A stretch of 63,757 bases of DNA, filler included, from Octopus bimaculoides (lineage: Eukaryota), in assembly GCF_001194135.2 (NCBI RefSeq). It is 6 parts of 4 records of this genome, joined end to end, with 100 filler letters (N's around TTAATTAATTAA, not from the genome) between each part and the next. Parts side by side here need not be neighbours in the genome. Positions count along the whole stretch, not along the records: positions 1 to 18,418 come from NC_068986.1; 5 more parts are not named here. One strand, given 5' to 3'. Below are positions 1-11,908 of this stretch, one piece after another. Every line of letters starts with the position of its first letter. Positions within the stretch are counted from its first letter, which is position 1. A program made the position numbers and the translations under genes. The notes beneath the pieces were generated by a model. It made no database searches and was not told the DNA's origin. It saw nothing but the letters and a program-made list of their open reading frames with translations.

Positions 1-33
<33 letters not shown>

Positions 34-254
34 ATATATATATATTAATGTTTATTTATATATGTATGCTAGATGATGTAGGAACTGTGATATCAACAGA
101 CACCGATTTCGCAACAGCTATCAGCAAATGGAATAAACGTCTACTCTTTCATATGTCTTATCTGGACAGTATATGTATGTATGTATGATTGTATGTATGT
201 ATGTATGTATGTATGTATGTATGTATGTATGTATGTATGTATGTTTGACCTCGA

Positions 255-440
255 CCAACGCTTGCTAACAGATGTTGGTGTGTTTACGTCTCCGTACCTT
301 AACGGTCGGGCAAAGAACCGAAAGAATACGTACTAGGCTTACAAACGAATAAATTCTGGGGTCGATTTATTCGACTAAAGGCAATTCTCAAGCATGGCCG
401 CAGTCAAATGATTGAAACAATTAAAAGAATAAAAGACTAT
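255..440 (+). mobile_element. SINE family A, 3' half
   Basis: Matches the tail of the complete copy at 56174-56558 (aagtactaggcttac...ggggtcgattt...cgactaaaggc...gcatggccgcagtcaaatga.tgaaaca). Confidence 0.85.
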
Positions 441-460
441 ATGTATGTCTATATATTTTT

Positions 461-1539
461 TACTTGTTTCAGTCACTTGACAGCGGCCATGCTGGAGCAC
501 CACCTTTAGTTAAACAAATCTACCCCAGGATTTATTCTTTGTAAGCCTGGTACTTATTCTATAGCGCTCTTTTTGCCGAACCACCAGGTGACGACCACGT
601 AAACACATCACCATCGGTTGTCAAGCGATGATGGGGGGACAAACACGGACACAAATAACAAATACACGCATACATAGATGTATATATATATNNNNNNNNN
701 NNNNNNNNNNNNNNNNNNNNNNNNNNNNNNNNNNNNNNNNNNNNNNNNNNNNNNNNNNNNNNNNNNNNNNNNNNNNNNNNNNNNNNNNNNNNNNNNNNNN
801 NNNNNNNNNNNNNNNNNNNNNNNNNNNNNNNNNNNNNNNNNNNNNNNNNNNNNNNNNNNNNNNNNNNNNNNNNNNNNNNNNNNNNNNNNNNNNNNNNNNN
901 NNNNNNNNNNNNNNNNNNNNNNNNNNNNNNNNNNNNNNNNNNNNNNNNNNNNNNNNNNNNNNNNNNNNNNNNNNNNNNNNNNNNNNNNNNNNNNNNNNNN
1001 NNNNNNNNNNNNNNNNNNNNNNNNNNNNNNNNNNNNNNNNNNNNNNNNNNNNNNNNNNNNNNNNNNNNNNNNNNNNNNNNNNNNNNNNNNNNNNNNNNNN
1101 NNNNNNNNNNNNNNNNNNNNNNNNNNNNNNNNNNNNNNNNNNNNNNNNNNNNNNNNNNNNNNNNNNNNNNNNNNNNNNNNNNNNNNNNNNNNNNNNNNNN
1201 NNNNNNNNNNNNNNNNNNNNNNNNNNNNNNNNNNNNNNNNNNNNNNNNNNNNNNNNNNNNNNNNNNNNNNNNNNNNNNNNNNNNNNNNNNNNNNNNNNNN
1301 NNNNNNNNNNNNNNNNNNNNNNNNNNNNNNNNNNNNNNNNNNNNNNNNNNNNNNNNNNNNNNNNNNNATATATATATACAACGGGCGTCTTTCAGTTTCC
1401 GTCTACCAAATTCACTCACAAGGCTTTGGTCGGCCCGTGGCTATAGTAGAGCTCACTGGGCCATGTTGCCACGCAGTGGGACTGAATCCGGAACGATGTG
1501 GTTGGGAAGCAATCTTCTTACGACAGCCACTCCTACGCC

Positions 1540-1551
<12 letters not shown>
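461..1551 (-). mobile_element. SINE family A, full copy with central microsatellite hidden in an N gap
   Basis: Tail at 461-660 and tRNA-like head at 1380-1551 are collinear with 56174-56558; (TA)n and the gap lie between. Confidence 0.85.
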
Positions 1552-1577
<26 letters not shown>

Positions 1578-1689
1578 TCGTCCTCTATGGACCGCTACAT
1601 TTAGTTGGCAAATATATTATATATATATATATGATCAAAAATGATATCGTTTCTTAGTACGTTCTTAATATTCTACTACTTGTAAATGG

Positions 1690-2915
1690 TGGAAGCCTTC
1701 CAAATACATCTATTGTCTTCTACTACATAATGAGTAAAATTTACTAATTCTAGCAGAGTCTGATATTTGACTCGTCGTGTTTCAATGAAAAAAAATTGCA
1801 TCTAAGTTAGACGCGCAGCACTGGGAACGAGATTTTCCCCCGTTTATGTGAACTCAGTAATGAGATACTTAGAAAGAGCAAAAGTACGGCACTGAAATTA
1901 GAAGGTATATTAAAGATGCATGGGAAGAGATAACTTGACGATTGCTTCCTAATCTGGAAAAAATTTCTAGACACTCTGGAAGAATTCAATATCCTCCTGA
2001 ACAATCTGTAGCCAATTCTCCAACTTACAAAGGTGGTGTACAAAGGGTAGTACCAAATTACCATTTCTAAACATAATGGTAGTTAAAAGTTACACCATTG
2101 ATATATACTAGAAACACACTGACACGCATCAATACCTGAACTTTAAACCGTACCATCCCACACATACAGAAAGCAATATCCCATACTGCCTAGCCAGAAA
2201 AATTTGTACCGTTGTGAAAGATGTGAATACGCATGTCAAACGCCTAACAGAACTCAAACAATTTCTATTGAAACAAAAATACCCGTCTCTAGTTGTAAAA
2301 AATGGTATACAGCGTGCTACAGAAATACTAATCCAACAACTTAGGGCAACCCAAGAAAGAGGAAAACAAGAATATTATACCATTTATAGTGACACACAAT
2401 CCATGTCACCAAAATATTGCCAAAGCAAACTTCCGGATCATTGTTTAAAGTAATGAATTAAATGATATAATAACGGGCGAGATGTGGTTCTAAGTAAAAG
2501 ACAGCTGAAAAATTCCGAATAATTATTAACAAATTCAAAGTTTAACCACAGCAACAATGACGAATCATTCAATGTATCTAAATGCAATGATAATCGAACA
2601 CAAAAGCCAGAAGAATATTTGCAAATGCAAATATGAACTACAAAATTAGAAATTTAATTTACTGCCTCAAATGTCCGAATTTTGAAGAGATATACGTTGG
2701 TCAGACTGATAATGTATTGTTAGAACTTTTACGTGTGCACCGACAGCCGATTAGGGACCCTGATGCCCGCCAGATTCCTTTAAGCAACCATCTGGCAACA
2801 TATGGTCAGAAAATGTTTATAATATTTCCATTCTACAAACTACTCAACTCACGTGAGTCGACAGGAAAGTAAGAAAAAAGAATTTTCTTGATAAATTCAA
2901 ACCCATTTTAAATGG
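1690..2915 (+). mobile_element. Penelope-like element 1 (decayed RT plus GIY-YIG endonuclease)
   Basis: Manual translation across frameshifts: GTRFSPVYVNSVMRYLE (from 1824), LPFLNI, DIY*KHTDTHQYLNFKPYHPTHTESNIPYCLARKI (PLE RT/thumb), then NLIYCLKCPNFEEIYVGQT...RVH (GIY-YIG, 2633-2872). Confidence 0.9.
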
Positions 2916-3226
2916 ACAATAATAATAATAGTTATGGGAGGGGTGATAGTTGTAATGATGACAATAATATTAATGACAAGTACTGATATTACTACCACCA
3001 CCACCACCACCACCACCACCACCACCACCACCACTAACACCAACAATAATAAAAGTGATAGTGATGATGGTGTTAGTGTTAACCATATCAACATTGACTT
3101 GATTGAAATGTAAAATTTCTGGAAAATTGTAGGAATATTGGCAATAGAATTCAATGAAATGTAAACAACATTCCTAAGTATAGCCAAACAATTATTTCTT
3201 TAGGTGGGGTCAAAGTAAAGATTCCT

Positions 3227-3415
3227 TGACGTGCCCACCAAGCCGTGACGTCTAAGCGGCACACCAATTGGTTAAAATATTTCGTTGAAAAAAGTGGGAT
3301 AAATGCTAACCAAGTTGGCGTATTCATCAAACCGTGGCATCTAAGCCACATACTGATTGGTCAAAATACAGTTCGTAAAATTCAGCCTGCTGGAGCCCAT
3401 CGAAAGGTATTTAAG
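3227..3415 (+). promoter_or_regulatory. Promoter-like motif cluster in the 3' region (putative pLTR) of PLE 1
   Basis: TGACGT at 3227 and TGACGTC at 3246, CCAATTGG at 3264, ATTGG at 3356, TATTTAAG at 3408; lies between the PLE ORF end and a hammerhead-like motif. Confidence 0.4.
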
Positions 3416-3486
3416 GGCAAATTTAATCATTTCTCTACAATTGTCAATTGTTGAACACAACTGTCACCACCACCACCACCACCACC

Positions 3487-3547
<61 letters not shown>

Positions 3548-3550
3548 TAT

Positions 3551-3586
3551 CACACTGATGATTGCATAACGCATGAAAGTACTTGT
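3551..3586 (+). ncRNA. Minimal hammerhead-ribozyme-like motif (PLE-associated)
   Basis: CTGATGA (3555-3561), stem II TGC/GCA, GAAA (3575-3578), palindromic stem III AGTACT; stem I is out of register by one base in this copy. Confidence 0.6.
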
Positions 3587-3740
3587 CCTATCACAATAAA
3601 TATATAATACCCTATTATTATAATATTGTAAAATGGTAAAAATTGTAAATAATAAAACGTGAAAATCAGACAAGGCTGAATTTCATTGATTAACATGTGT
3701 GTGTGTATGTGTGTGTGTGTGTGTGTGTGCGTGCGTGTGT

Positions 3741-3771
<31 letters not shown>

Positions 3772-3874
3772 GTGCGTGTGCGTGCGTGTGTGTGTATGTG
3801 TGTNNNNNNNNNNNNNNNNNNNNNNNNNNNNNNNNNNNNNNNNNNNNNNNNNNNNNNNNNNNNNNNNNNNNNNN

Positions 3875-3922
<48 letters not shown>

Positions 3923-3959
3923 TTTAGTAATGGTTATACTGTATTTATGTATCTATATA

Positions 3960-4090
3960 TCTATACTGCACCAAGAGTCGCCAGCTCTTCGGATAGAATG
4001 TCTCGCTGCATTTGCTCCCAGTCTATGCAATTTGAGTTCAAATACCACCAAAGTCAAATTCGCCTTTCCTCTTTTGAGCTGGTTAAAGAA
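3960..4090 (+). mobile_element. SINE family B, degenerate
   Basis: gagttcaaataccaccaaagtcaaattcgcctttcctc...aaagtacca aligns with the family B copies at 8101-8287 and 8305-8450. Confidence 0.55.
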
Positions 4091-6037
4091 AAGTACCAAA
4101 CTAGTATGGTGGATTGGCGGGATTGTAAGAACCCATGGAAGAAGCGGATTTTGTTGAAGTTTTAGTGTTATTTTTTAAATTAATGTTGTACCGTCTTTCA
4201 TTTAGGATATATAATATATTAGGCAATTGTTACTCCAAAGATATTCCTCAGTACATCACAATGAAAGTGACTGAAGAGGATTTACCAATTCCAATTTTTA
4301 TGCAAAATCACGAACGTCTGTAATGGAATATTATAATTATCAGAGACAAGTATGCACCTACTGAAATACATTTGAAGTTTAAAGTTTGAGATCCATTAAA
4401 TAATCCCCGAAACTCTACATTAATTGTATGCCAGCTGCCTCTCGGAGCAGTATATGACTCTATTTCAGCGAATGTATTTATTTATTTATGTATTTATTTG
4501 TTCAACTCCAGGCTAATCTTGAGCAAACATAAAATGATTATTCTGCGTTCTTTATTCTACGTTCATTATTCAATGAAAATCAAAATAAATATACGCTGTG
4601 TGCTTCATTTTAGTTTTTAGAGGGTAAGGTGTGATGTGTGATTGGTTTGGAAACTATTTCTAGTAGGGTATATGACTGCTTCGGGAATTTCCCATTGACA
4701 ACATGAAAGTTATTTATCAATCGATTTATACATTCTTTTTATGCACACACGACTTCGAACAGGACGGCTTCTAACGCATTTGTTGTTACTGATGCTTCTG
4801 TCTTTTAGCTCCACATCATTCTTTCACAAGTTGACATACTTTCAGATATATTTAAAAACGAGAAATCAAGTTCTTTACAGATGCAATATATCAGAGAATG
4901 TATTAACCATTGTGTCCTTCCTTTTCTTTATAGGCGGGAAAGTGTGAGTTGAAACAAATTTTGATGCTATCTTTAGCAAATCGAGCGAAATTACTGTAGC
5001 TCGTATAGTCAACTCTAAAATAATAACATTTGCTCTTCGTAAATATGTTCTTTGAGCGGATTGCAATTTCGAAGTATTTGAATTTTTGTAGGAATATATT
5101 TTCAGCTCGTCAAACTGAAATGGGATCGTATATATTAAAAATAAATTTTGAACCCATCATTTCTATACAAACATATCTATTCGGTATTAAATTTAATATT
5201 CAACATATCAAGAATATATGATTTTAACTTACCAGTTCAGAAAGTACTTCAGCTCTGTTCATGAGAATATCAAATATTTCATAGCTATTCTTTTGTATTC
5301 AAGGACAGGAGAAAAGATAATGAATGTAAGAATTGCATTCTTACAATATCAAGAGTATACTCATGGATGCTAATAAACCTGATCCCGAATTATATATATA
5401 TATATATATATATNNNNNNNNNNNNNNNNNNNNNNNNNNNNNNNNNNNNNNNNNNNNNNNNNNNNNNNNNNNNNNNNNNNNNNNNNNNNNNNNNNNNNNN
5501 NNNNNNNNNNNNNNNNNNNNNNNNNNNNNNNNNNNNNNNNNNNNNNNNNNNNNNNNNNNNNNNNNNNNNNNNNNNNNNNNNNNNNNNNNNNNNNNNNNNN
5601 NNNNNNNNNNNNNNNNNNNNNNNNNNNNNNNNNNNNNNNNNNNNNCTTCTTCTTCTTCTTCTTCTTCTTCTTCTTCTTCTTCTTCTTCTTCTTCTTCTTC
5701 TTCTTCTTCTTCTTCTTCTTCTTCTTCTTCTTCTCTTTTTTTTTGCTATTTTTTACATCTTCATAATTCACTCCAACTTCTTTTTCCCACGAAAACTTTT
5801 ATTATTATATTTGATATATTTCTTTTCATTATTTATTCCTTTCTTCTTGTTTTCATTTCACGAAACTGTTCATGTCAGTTTGGATTGTGGATTGAAATAA
5901 CTCAGTCCATTCACCTATACGGAAGTCCATGAACAAGACGAGACAGGACATTAGTCATTCACCTTCAATAAAACAGAACGCCTATTATATTCCTCCTAAC
6001 AGAAGGTAGAAGAAAATTATCATCATCATCATCATCA

Positions 6038-6080
<43 letters not shown>

Positions 6081-6081
6081 C

Positions 6082-6153
<72 letters not shown>

Positions 6154-6715
6154 AAGAAGAAGAAAAAAAAAAAAGAAAAAGAAGAAAAAGAAGAAGAAGA
6201 AGAAGAAGAAGAAGAAGAAGAAAAAGAAGAAGAAGAAGAAGAAGAAGAAGAAGAAGAAGAAGAAGAAGAAGAAGAAGAAGAAGAAGAACTACAACAATGG
6301 CAACGACGATTTCTTTCATTTGCCACACGAGCGTCCGATGAGAAGGGATATTACAAAGACAGGTTGAAATTTGTATGATGTGAAGCGATAATGAAGCTCA
6401 TGCCGGCGACAATGTTGAAGATGACGTCGACGATGACGATGACGACGATGATGATGATGATAATGATGAAAACGACGACGACGTCGTGAGTAGTGGTAGT
6501 AGTGATGATAGTCGCCGTCGTCATCATCATCATCATCATCATCATCATCGTCATCATCATCGTTATCGTCACCATCATCTTTACGACGTCTCTAGACCGG
6601 GAGAAAATAGAAGTGTTTGTCACAGCGAATTTAGTGAACTTGAAAAGATTTGACAGCAATGCCATAACTTCCACCCCGACTATTCATACGTTCTGTCGAT
6701 ATGTTTACACACACA

Positions 6716-6774
<59 letters not shown>

Positions 6775-7364
6775 GTGTGTGTTCACTCATACGCACATAC
6801 CGAAATACATAAATTCATACCTATGTGTGTAAGAAGGTGTGTACATGTGTGTGTCTCTGCGCGCGCGTGTACAAGTACACACAGATTCAATCACTATTGT
6901 CCATCTCATTGATTTACACTCTTTTCTAGAATGTTAACCAGTGTCATCACCCCAGTTATCTTCCGTTTTGTTAAGAGCTAAAAATGTTGATCCCGTTAGA
7001 CAGCTAAACGTAATTATACCATGGAATTTCCCACTTGAATAAGAAGATTATGGCTCGATAATGTAGACTGTCTCTGTCTGTCTGTTTGTCTTTCTCTCTC
7101 TCTCTCTTTCTCTCTCTCTCTTTATTTTTATTAATTATTTTTGAGAAGGAATGATATCTCAATATTTTAGAGATTGTTATTATGGATGCCTTTATTAGCA
7201 TATTTTCACGTAGTGTCACCTGAAAAGAGACGTGTTATTTCTTTGATTGGGGGTGTAAATGTGTGCAGGCGTGTGCACTTGTGCATGCGAATGTTCGTTG
7301 GTATGTGTGTCTGTGCGCGTTCATGTATATGTATGAGTCATATAGAAATAAATGTGTAAAAAAT

Positions 7365-7790
7365 ATTTCTTCTTTTATATTTTTCTTTTTACACCAGACA
7401 TTGGGCTGCAGCCTTGCTGGGGCACCTCCTTCAAGTGTTCAGTTGAAAGAAACCGACTCCGGTCCTTGATTTTTTAAAGTTTGGTATTTTTCCGAAATTG
7501 TGATGTTATAGGGACATAAACTAACCAACGCAATTCCCAGTCAATGGTGTGGGGTAGACATAGATACAAACATTCGCACAACTACTCGCATACACACACA
7601 CACACACAAGCACACACACAGACATATACGATTAGTTTTTCGTGCAGTGTTTCCTTATACCAAATCCATTCACAAGGTCCAAAATCTTAGAAGACATTTT
7701 CACATGCTTGCACACAGTGGGATAATATGAAATCGCATTCTTGCTGAGTATATTTGTTAACCACACAGTCATGTGGTTCGATCGGAATTG
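7365..7790 (-). mobile_element. SINE family A, old copy
   Basis: Diverged tail (gctgcagccttgctggggcacc), (CA)n centre and head remnants (accaaatccattcacaagg, aaccacacagtc). Confidence 0.6.
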
Positions 7791-8100
7791 TTCAATCGCT
7801 CAAATCTCAGTGATTAAGATGTTCGCGTCGCACACTACGTGATCGATTGAGCCTTTGTAAGTGAAACTGGATAAACGGAAGATATGCAGAAGCCTATTGA
7901 ACGAACAGTACAGGAAACTTAAAAGACCAGTCCTATCCCACTGTATATCAAACACATTCTGTCTACTAAAGTTTACATTAAGAGTGCAAGAGTTTGAGGA
8001 ATGGCCAGATATACTCTTTTACTCTCTTTTACTTGTTTCAGTCATTTGACTGCGGCCATGCTGGAGCACCGCCTTCAGATATGTACACTATAATTTAATA

Positions 8101-8287
8101 TACCTTTCAAATTTTGGCACAAGACCAGCAAGTTCAGGAGAGCTTTAACTGGTATTTATTTTATCGACCTCGAAATGATGAAAAGCAAATTTGGCCTCGG
8201 TGGAATTTGAACTCAGAACGTAAAGACATGAAATATCACTTAGCATTTTGCCTGGCATGCTAACAATTCTGCCAGCTCGCCGCCTTA
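8101..8287 (-). mobile_element. SINE family B (tRNA-derived)
   Basis: Minus strand reads taaggcggcgagctggcagaattgttagc (A-box-like) ... gttctgagttcaaattcc (B-box-like) ... ttttcatcatttcgaggtcgataaaataaataccag. Confidence 0.85.
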
Positions 8288-8304
8288 CTCAAAAATTAAA
8301 TATT

Positions 8305-8450
8305 CCTGTACTTGCATCCGTCTTTACGTTCTGCGTTCAAATCCTGCCGTGGTCGACTTTGCTTTTCGCCTTTTCGAGATTGATAGAATAAGCACCAATC
8401 GAACACTCGGTCGATGTAATCGAATTACCCACTTCGTCGAAATTACTGAA
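8305..8450 (+). mobile_element. SINE family B, 5'-truncated
   Basis: ttctgcgttcaaatcctgccgtggtcgactttgctttt...gattgatagaataagcacc; inverted relative to 8101-8287. Confidence 0.75.
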
Positions 8451-8723
8451 CTTATGCCAAAATGTGAAATAACAGATTGTTCTGTAGGTCGAAGAACTGG
8501 AATATTCTGTTGAAAATGACATAGGTTCTGCTTATTTTCCGTATGTATGAGTATATATAAGTAAACACGTAAAACAATTTATTTTCTAATCTGCCAATCA
8601 AATTATGTATCATTCTATTTTCCATCTGACTCTCAATTCCTGTCTGATTGTCTGATTGTCTGATCGTCTCCCTTTTGTCTGTTTGTATGTCTCTCTCTCT
8701 GTCTCTCTCTCTGTCTCTCTCAC

Positions 8724-8756
<33 letters not shown>

Positions 8757-9322
8757 GTCTGTCTCTCTCTCTCTGTCTGTCTCTCTCTCTCTGTCTGTCT
8801 CTCTCTCTCTGTCTGTCTCTCTCTCTCTGTCTGTCTCTCTCTCTGTCTCTCTCTCNNNNNNNNNNNNNNNNNNNNNNNNNNNNNNNNNNNNNNNNNNNNN
8901 NNNNNNNNNNNNNNNNNNNNNNNNNNNNNNNNNNNNNNNNNNNNNNNNNNNNNNNNNNNNNNNNNNNNNNNNNNNNNNNNNNNNNNNNNNNNNNNNNNNN
9001 NNNNNNNNNNNNNNNNNNNNNNNNNNNNNNNNNNNNNNNNNNNNNNNNNNNNNNNNNNNNNNNNNNNNNNNNNNNNNNNNNNNNNNNNNNNNNNNNNNNN
9101 NNNNNNNNNNNNNNNNNNNNNNNNNNNNNNNNNNNNNNNNNNNNNNNNNNNNNNNNNNNNNNNNNNNNNNNNNCAGTTTAGCTCTTGAAAGGCAAGTGCG
9201 TCTGAATGTCGGCACCTTACCGTACTAACTAGAGCAGAAAATGACCGTCAATGAAATCTCATGAGAATGATATAGATACGTAAACAACAATAGAGAAAGC
9301 CTGTTACATCTAAGACATCTAA

Positions 9323-9372
<50 letters not shown>

Positions 9373-10054
9373 CACGTACGCACACACTTTCACAATACCA
9401 TGAACACTTACAAACACACATGCACACCAATATACCATACATTGGGGGCGCAACATACAGATACCCATTCACAAACACTTATTTCAAAACACCTATTAGA
9501 CACAGGTACGCCCACACATAATTATATATTCATTTAGTTTTACTAAGCAATGCAGAAACTTAAATACAAACATGCAAACACGTACTCACACACAAGCCCA
9601 TATGCACACATACACACACATACATACACATACGTACACAGAGGCAATATATACACACGAAAACAAAAACATCATGACACTTAAAATGGACGCCACTTCA
9701 CTCATTCACACATTCACACACATCTATGTACAGACTTAAAAAGACCTCCTTTGCATAGGATTACACCTAACAGTGATTCGTATGATTTGAGAAAAAAGCA
9801 TATACGCCGCACATTTCCATTCTCAAAAAGACAAAAAGGAAAGAGAGAAATCATTATGTACATTGAATTCCTGAACACCGGAGAAGAGATGTTGATCCGT
9901 ATTTATTTAATTAGTATTTCTTCCTTACCTCTCAATGAAGACCAAAAATATTATAGAATCTTAAAATTCTTCCTATAATACTATTTATAATTTGCTGTAT
10001 CTAAAGGAAGATTGTGCGTTTATAAGGTTTGTAGGATGTTCTTGACCAGTGAGA

Positions 10055-10420
10055 GTGATGTCATTAATGCTCCTCTTGAACTTATGGAATCTAATACCGC
10101 CAGTAAAAATATGAGCAAGGAAGGAAATCTAGTGAGCCGAAGTTCTGAGTAAAAAAGGAATGAACTTAATGATTAGTGGGGGTGTGGATACAGCAAAGCT
10201 GATGAGAGAAGACGAGTTGAATGGGAATACCTCAGTGGAGATGATATGAGCCCAGTAAGCACAGAAGAGCCGAGGCTGTTGTAGTCGCTGTCAAAATTGC
10301 AGTGACAACAGCACACCCTTGAGTGATCTCGCGACTATGCTAATCAGTCAGGTGACCCTTTTCTGGAAGCAGTTTAAGCTATGTCTATATGCAAGACCTG
10401 ACCGCAACCATTCTCGATGT
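10055..10420 (-). mobile_element. LINE ORF2 C-terminal remnant (CR1/Jockey group)
   Basis: Minus translation LNCFQKRVT*LI...RLFCAYW...FLLRTSAH*ISFLAHIF...FHKFKRSINDITL follows the QKRxxRLI...FFxRTxxxWNxLP...FKxxxN pattern. Confidence 0.6.
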
Positions 10421-11479
10421 GGGATCAATACTCCGTTGAGATCCTTACCTAAATTCTGTAAAGTGTCTATAATTGTTGCAGGATGAAATATCTTCTGGTA
10501 TAAGACAGACGTAAAAAAGTGAACATTAAGCAAATAAAAATTATTATAAATTGTTTTACTGAACTTTCTGCATCCTCACTATCAGTTTTATATTTTAACG
10601 CTTTAACCGAATATGTCATTCACTATTCATCTGCACAATCCAATCATTTATACCTGTTTGAAATTTCTTTCTCGGTATATAATATCATGTATATAAAGCT
10701 GAATGACTTAAGTCTGGTGAACAGTAAAAACACAGGGCTTGATACATTACTCTTTACATCCTAAAATCCTCACATCTTTCTCTTTCATCCATCTATGCCC
10801 GATAAAATTGTACGACTAATATATTGTCGATTCAATCGATACTATCCCTTCTCTATAAATGTGGTGACTATGTATCGAAACTGGAAATCTAATAGCCATT
10901 GATTAGCGATAAGATTTTTAGTATTTTCTTTCTGTTGTATCTTTTTCTCTTGAAACAATAATTATGTAAAAGACAGAAATCACATTTCTAATATTGTTTT
11001 CTTTTTTTAAATATCTCAAAGGACTAATATTTTTAAAGAGAGACTTGAGAATTGTAAACTTCAGTTTCATGATACAAGAAAACCGAAATGTCTGCAACAG
11101 ATAATTGAAAGTGGTTTACGATTTCTGCTCTTTCAGCGATCACCACTGAAATGGACACTAGCGAACAATTTAAGTGATTAATTTTCTTTCACAAGTTAAC
11201 GGGAATGTTATTTTGACGTCTAGTCTATTACATGAAAAAAGAAAGCATGCGAAATATTAAATCTAATAAGTCATTTAAACTGTATATCACTGCATTCGTA
11301 ATTATATTTGATGTTATTTACGATTTCACACTTTACATTATGCTTTTTAATCTATTATTAAGCAATCTTTTGACCTAAATATATTTTCCTATCTATTGGT
11401 TTGTAACTTTGTCTTTCAAACATATCTATTTTCTTATGCCTATCAGTGCACATTCGTGTACTTTGGCTTATTCAATCTC

Positions 11480-11826
11480 CTATCACTACTGCAGCAAGTA
11501 TAGTGAAGTCTATCTTTCACCGATGTCTATATATAAGACTGAAGTATATTCTAACTATGAACATTTGTCAATAGCACAATGGAACAATGTTATCTTTTCT
11601 CATGAATTCTCGCTCACTTTTTATCCCATTTAGACGCGAGTTGCTACCTGGCTACAACTCAAAGAAGCCTCTCCAACCCTGATTGTTTGACCCCAAATGT
11701 GAGCTATAAAGATGGCTCTTTGACTATTTGGGCAGCCATATCACATAATTCTCTTGGACCTTTAGTTGTTCCACGTGGAAGAATTAATGGTGAAGGGGAT
11801 GGAAGTATTAACCATCTACTAAGCGA
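11480..11826 (+). mobile_element. Tc1-like transposase remnant (catalytic region)
   Basis: QWNNVIFSHEFS (decayed WxxVIFSDES) and NPDCLTPNVSYKDGSLTIWAAISHNSLGPLVVPRGRING (PTVKHGGGSVMVW-type motif). Confidence 0.75.
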
Positions 11827-11908
11827 GTGTACTAAGCTAATATAAAAAGCGTATAAACCCAATCATGACTGAACCAGTAAATGTGTGTTAGCCTTTCGAT
11901 GTGACGGA

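Noticed and set aside
559-1657. Long ORFs spanning N gaps here and at 8.6, 12.1, 22.4, 24.5 and 28.3 kb
   Set aside because: They are open only because N codons are not stops; the flanks are SINE or microsatellite sequence.
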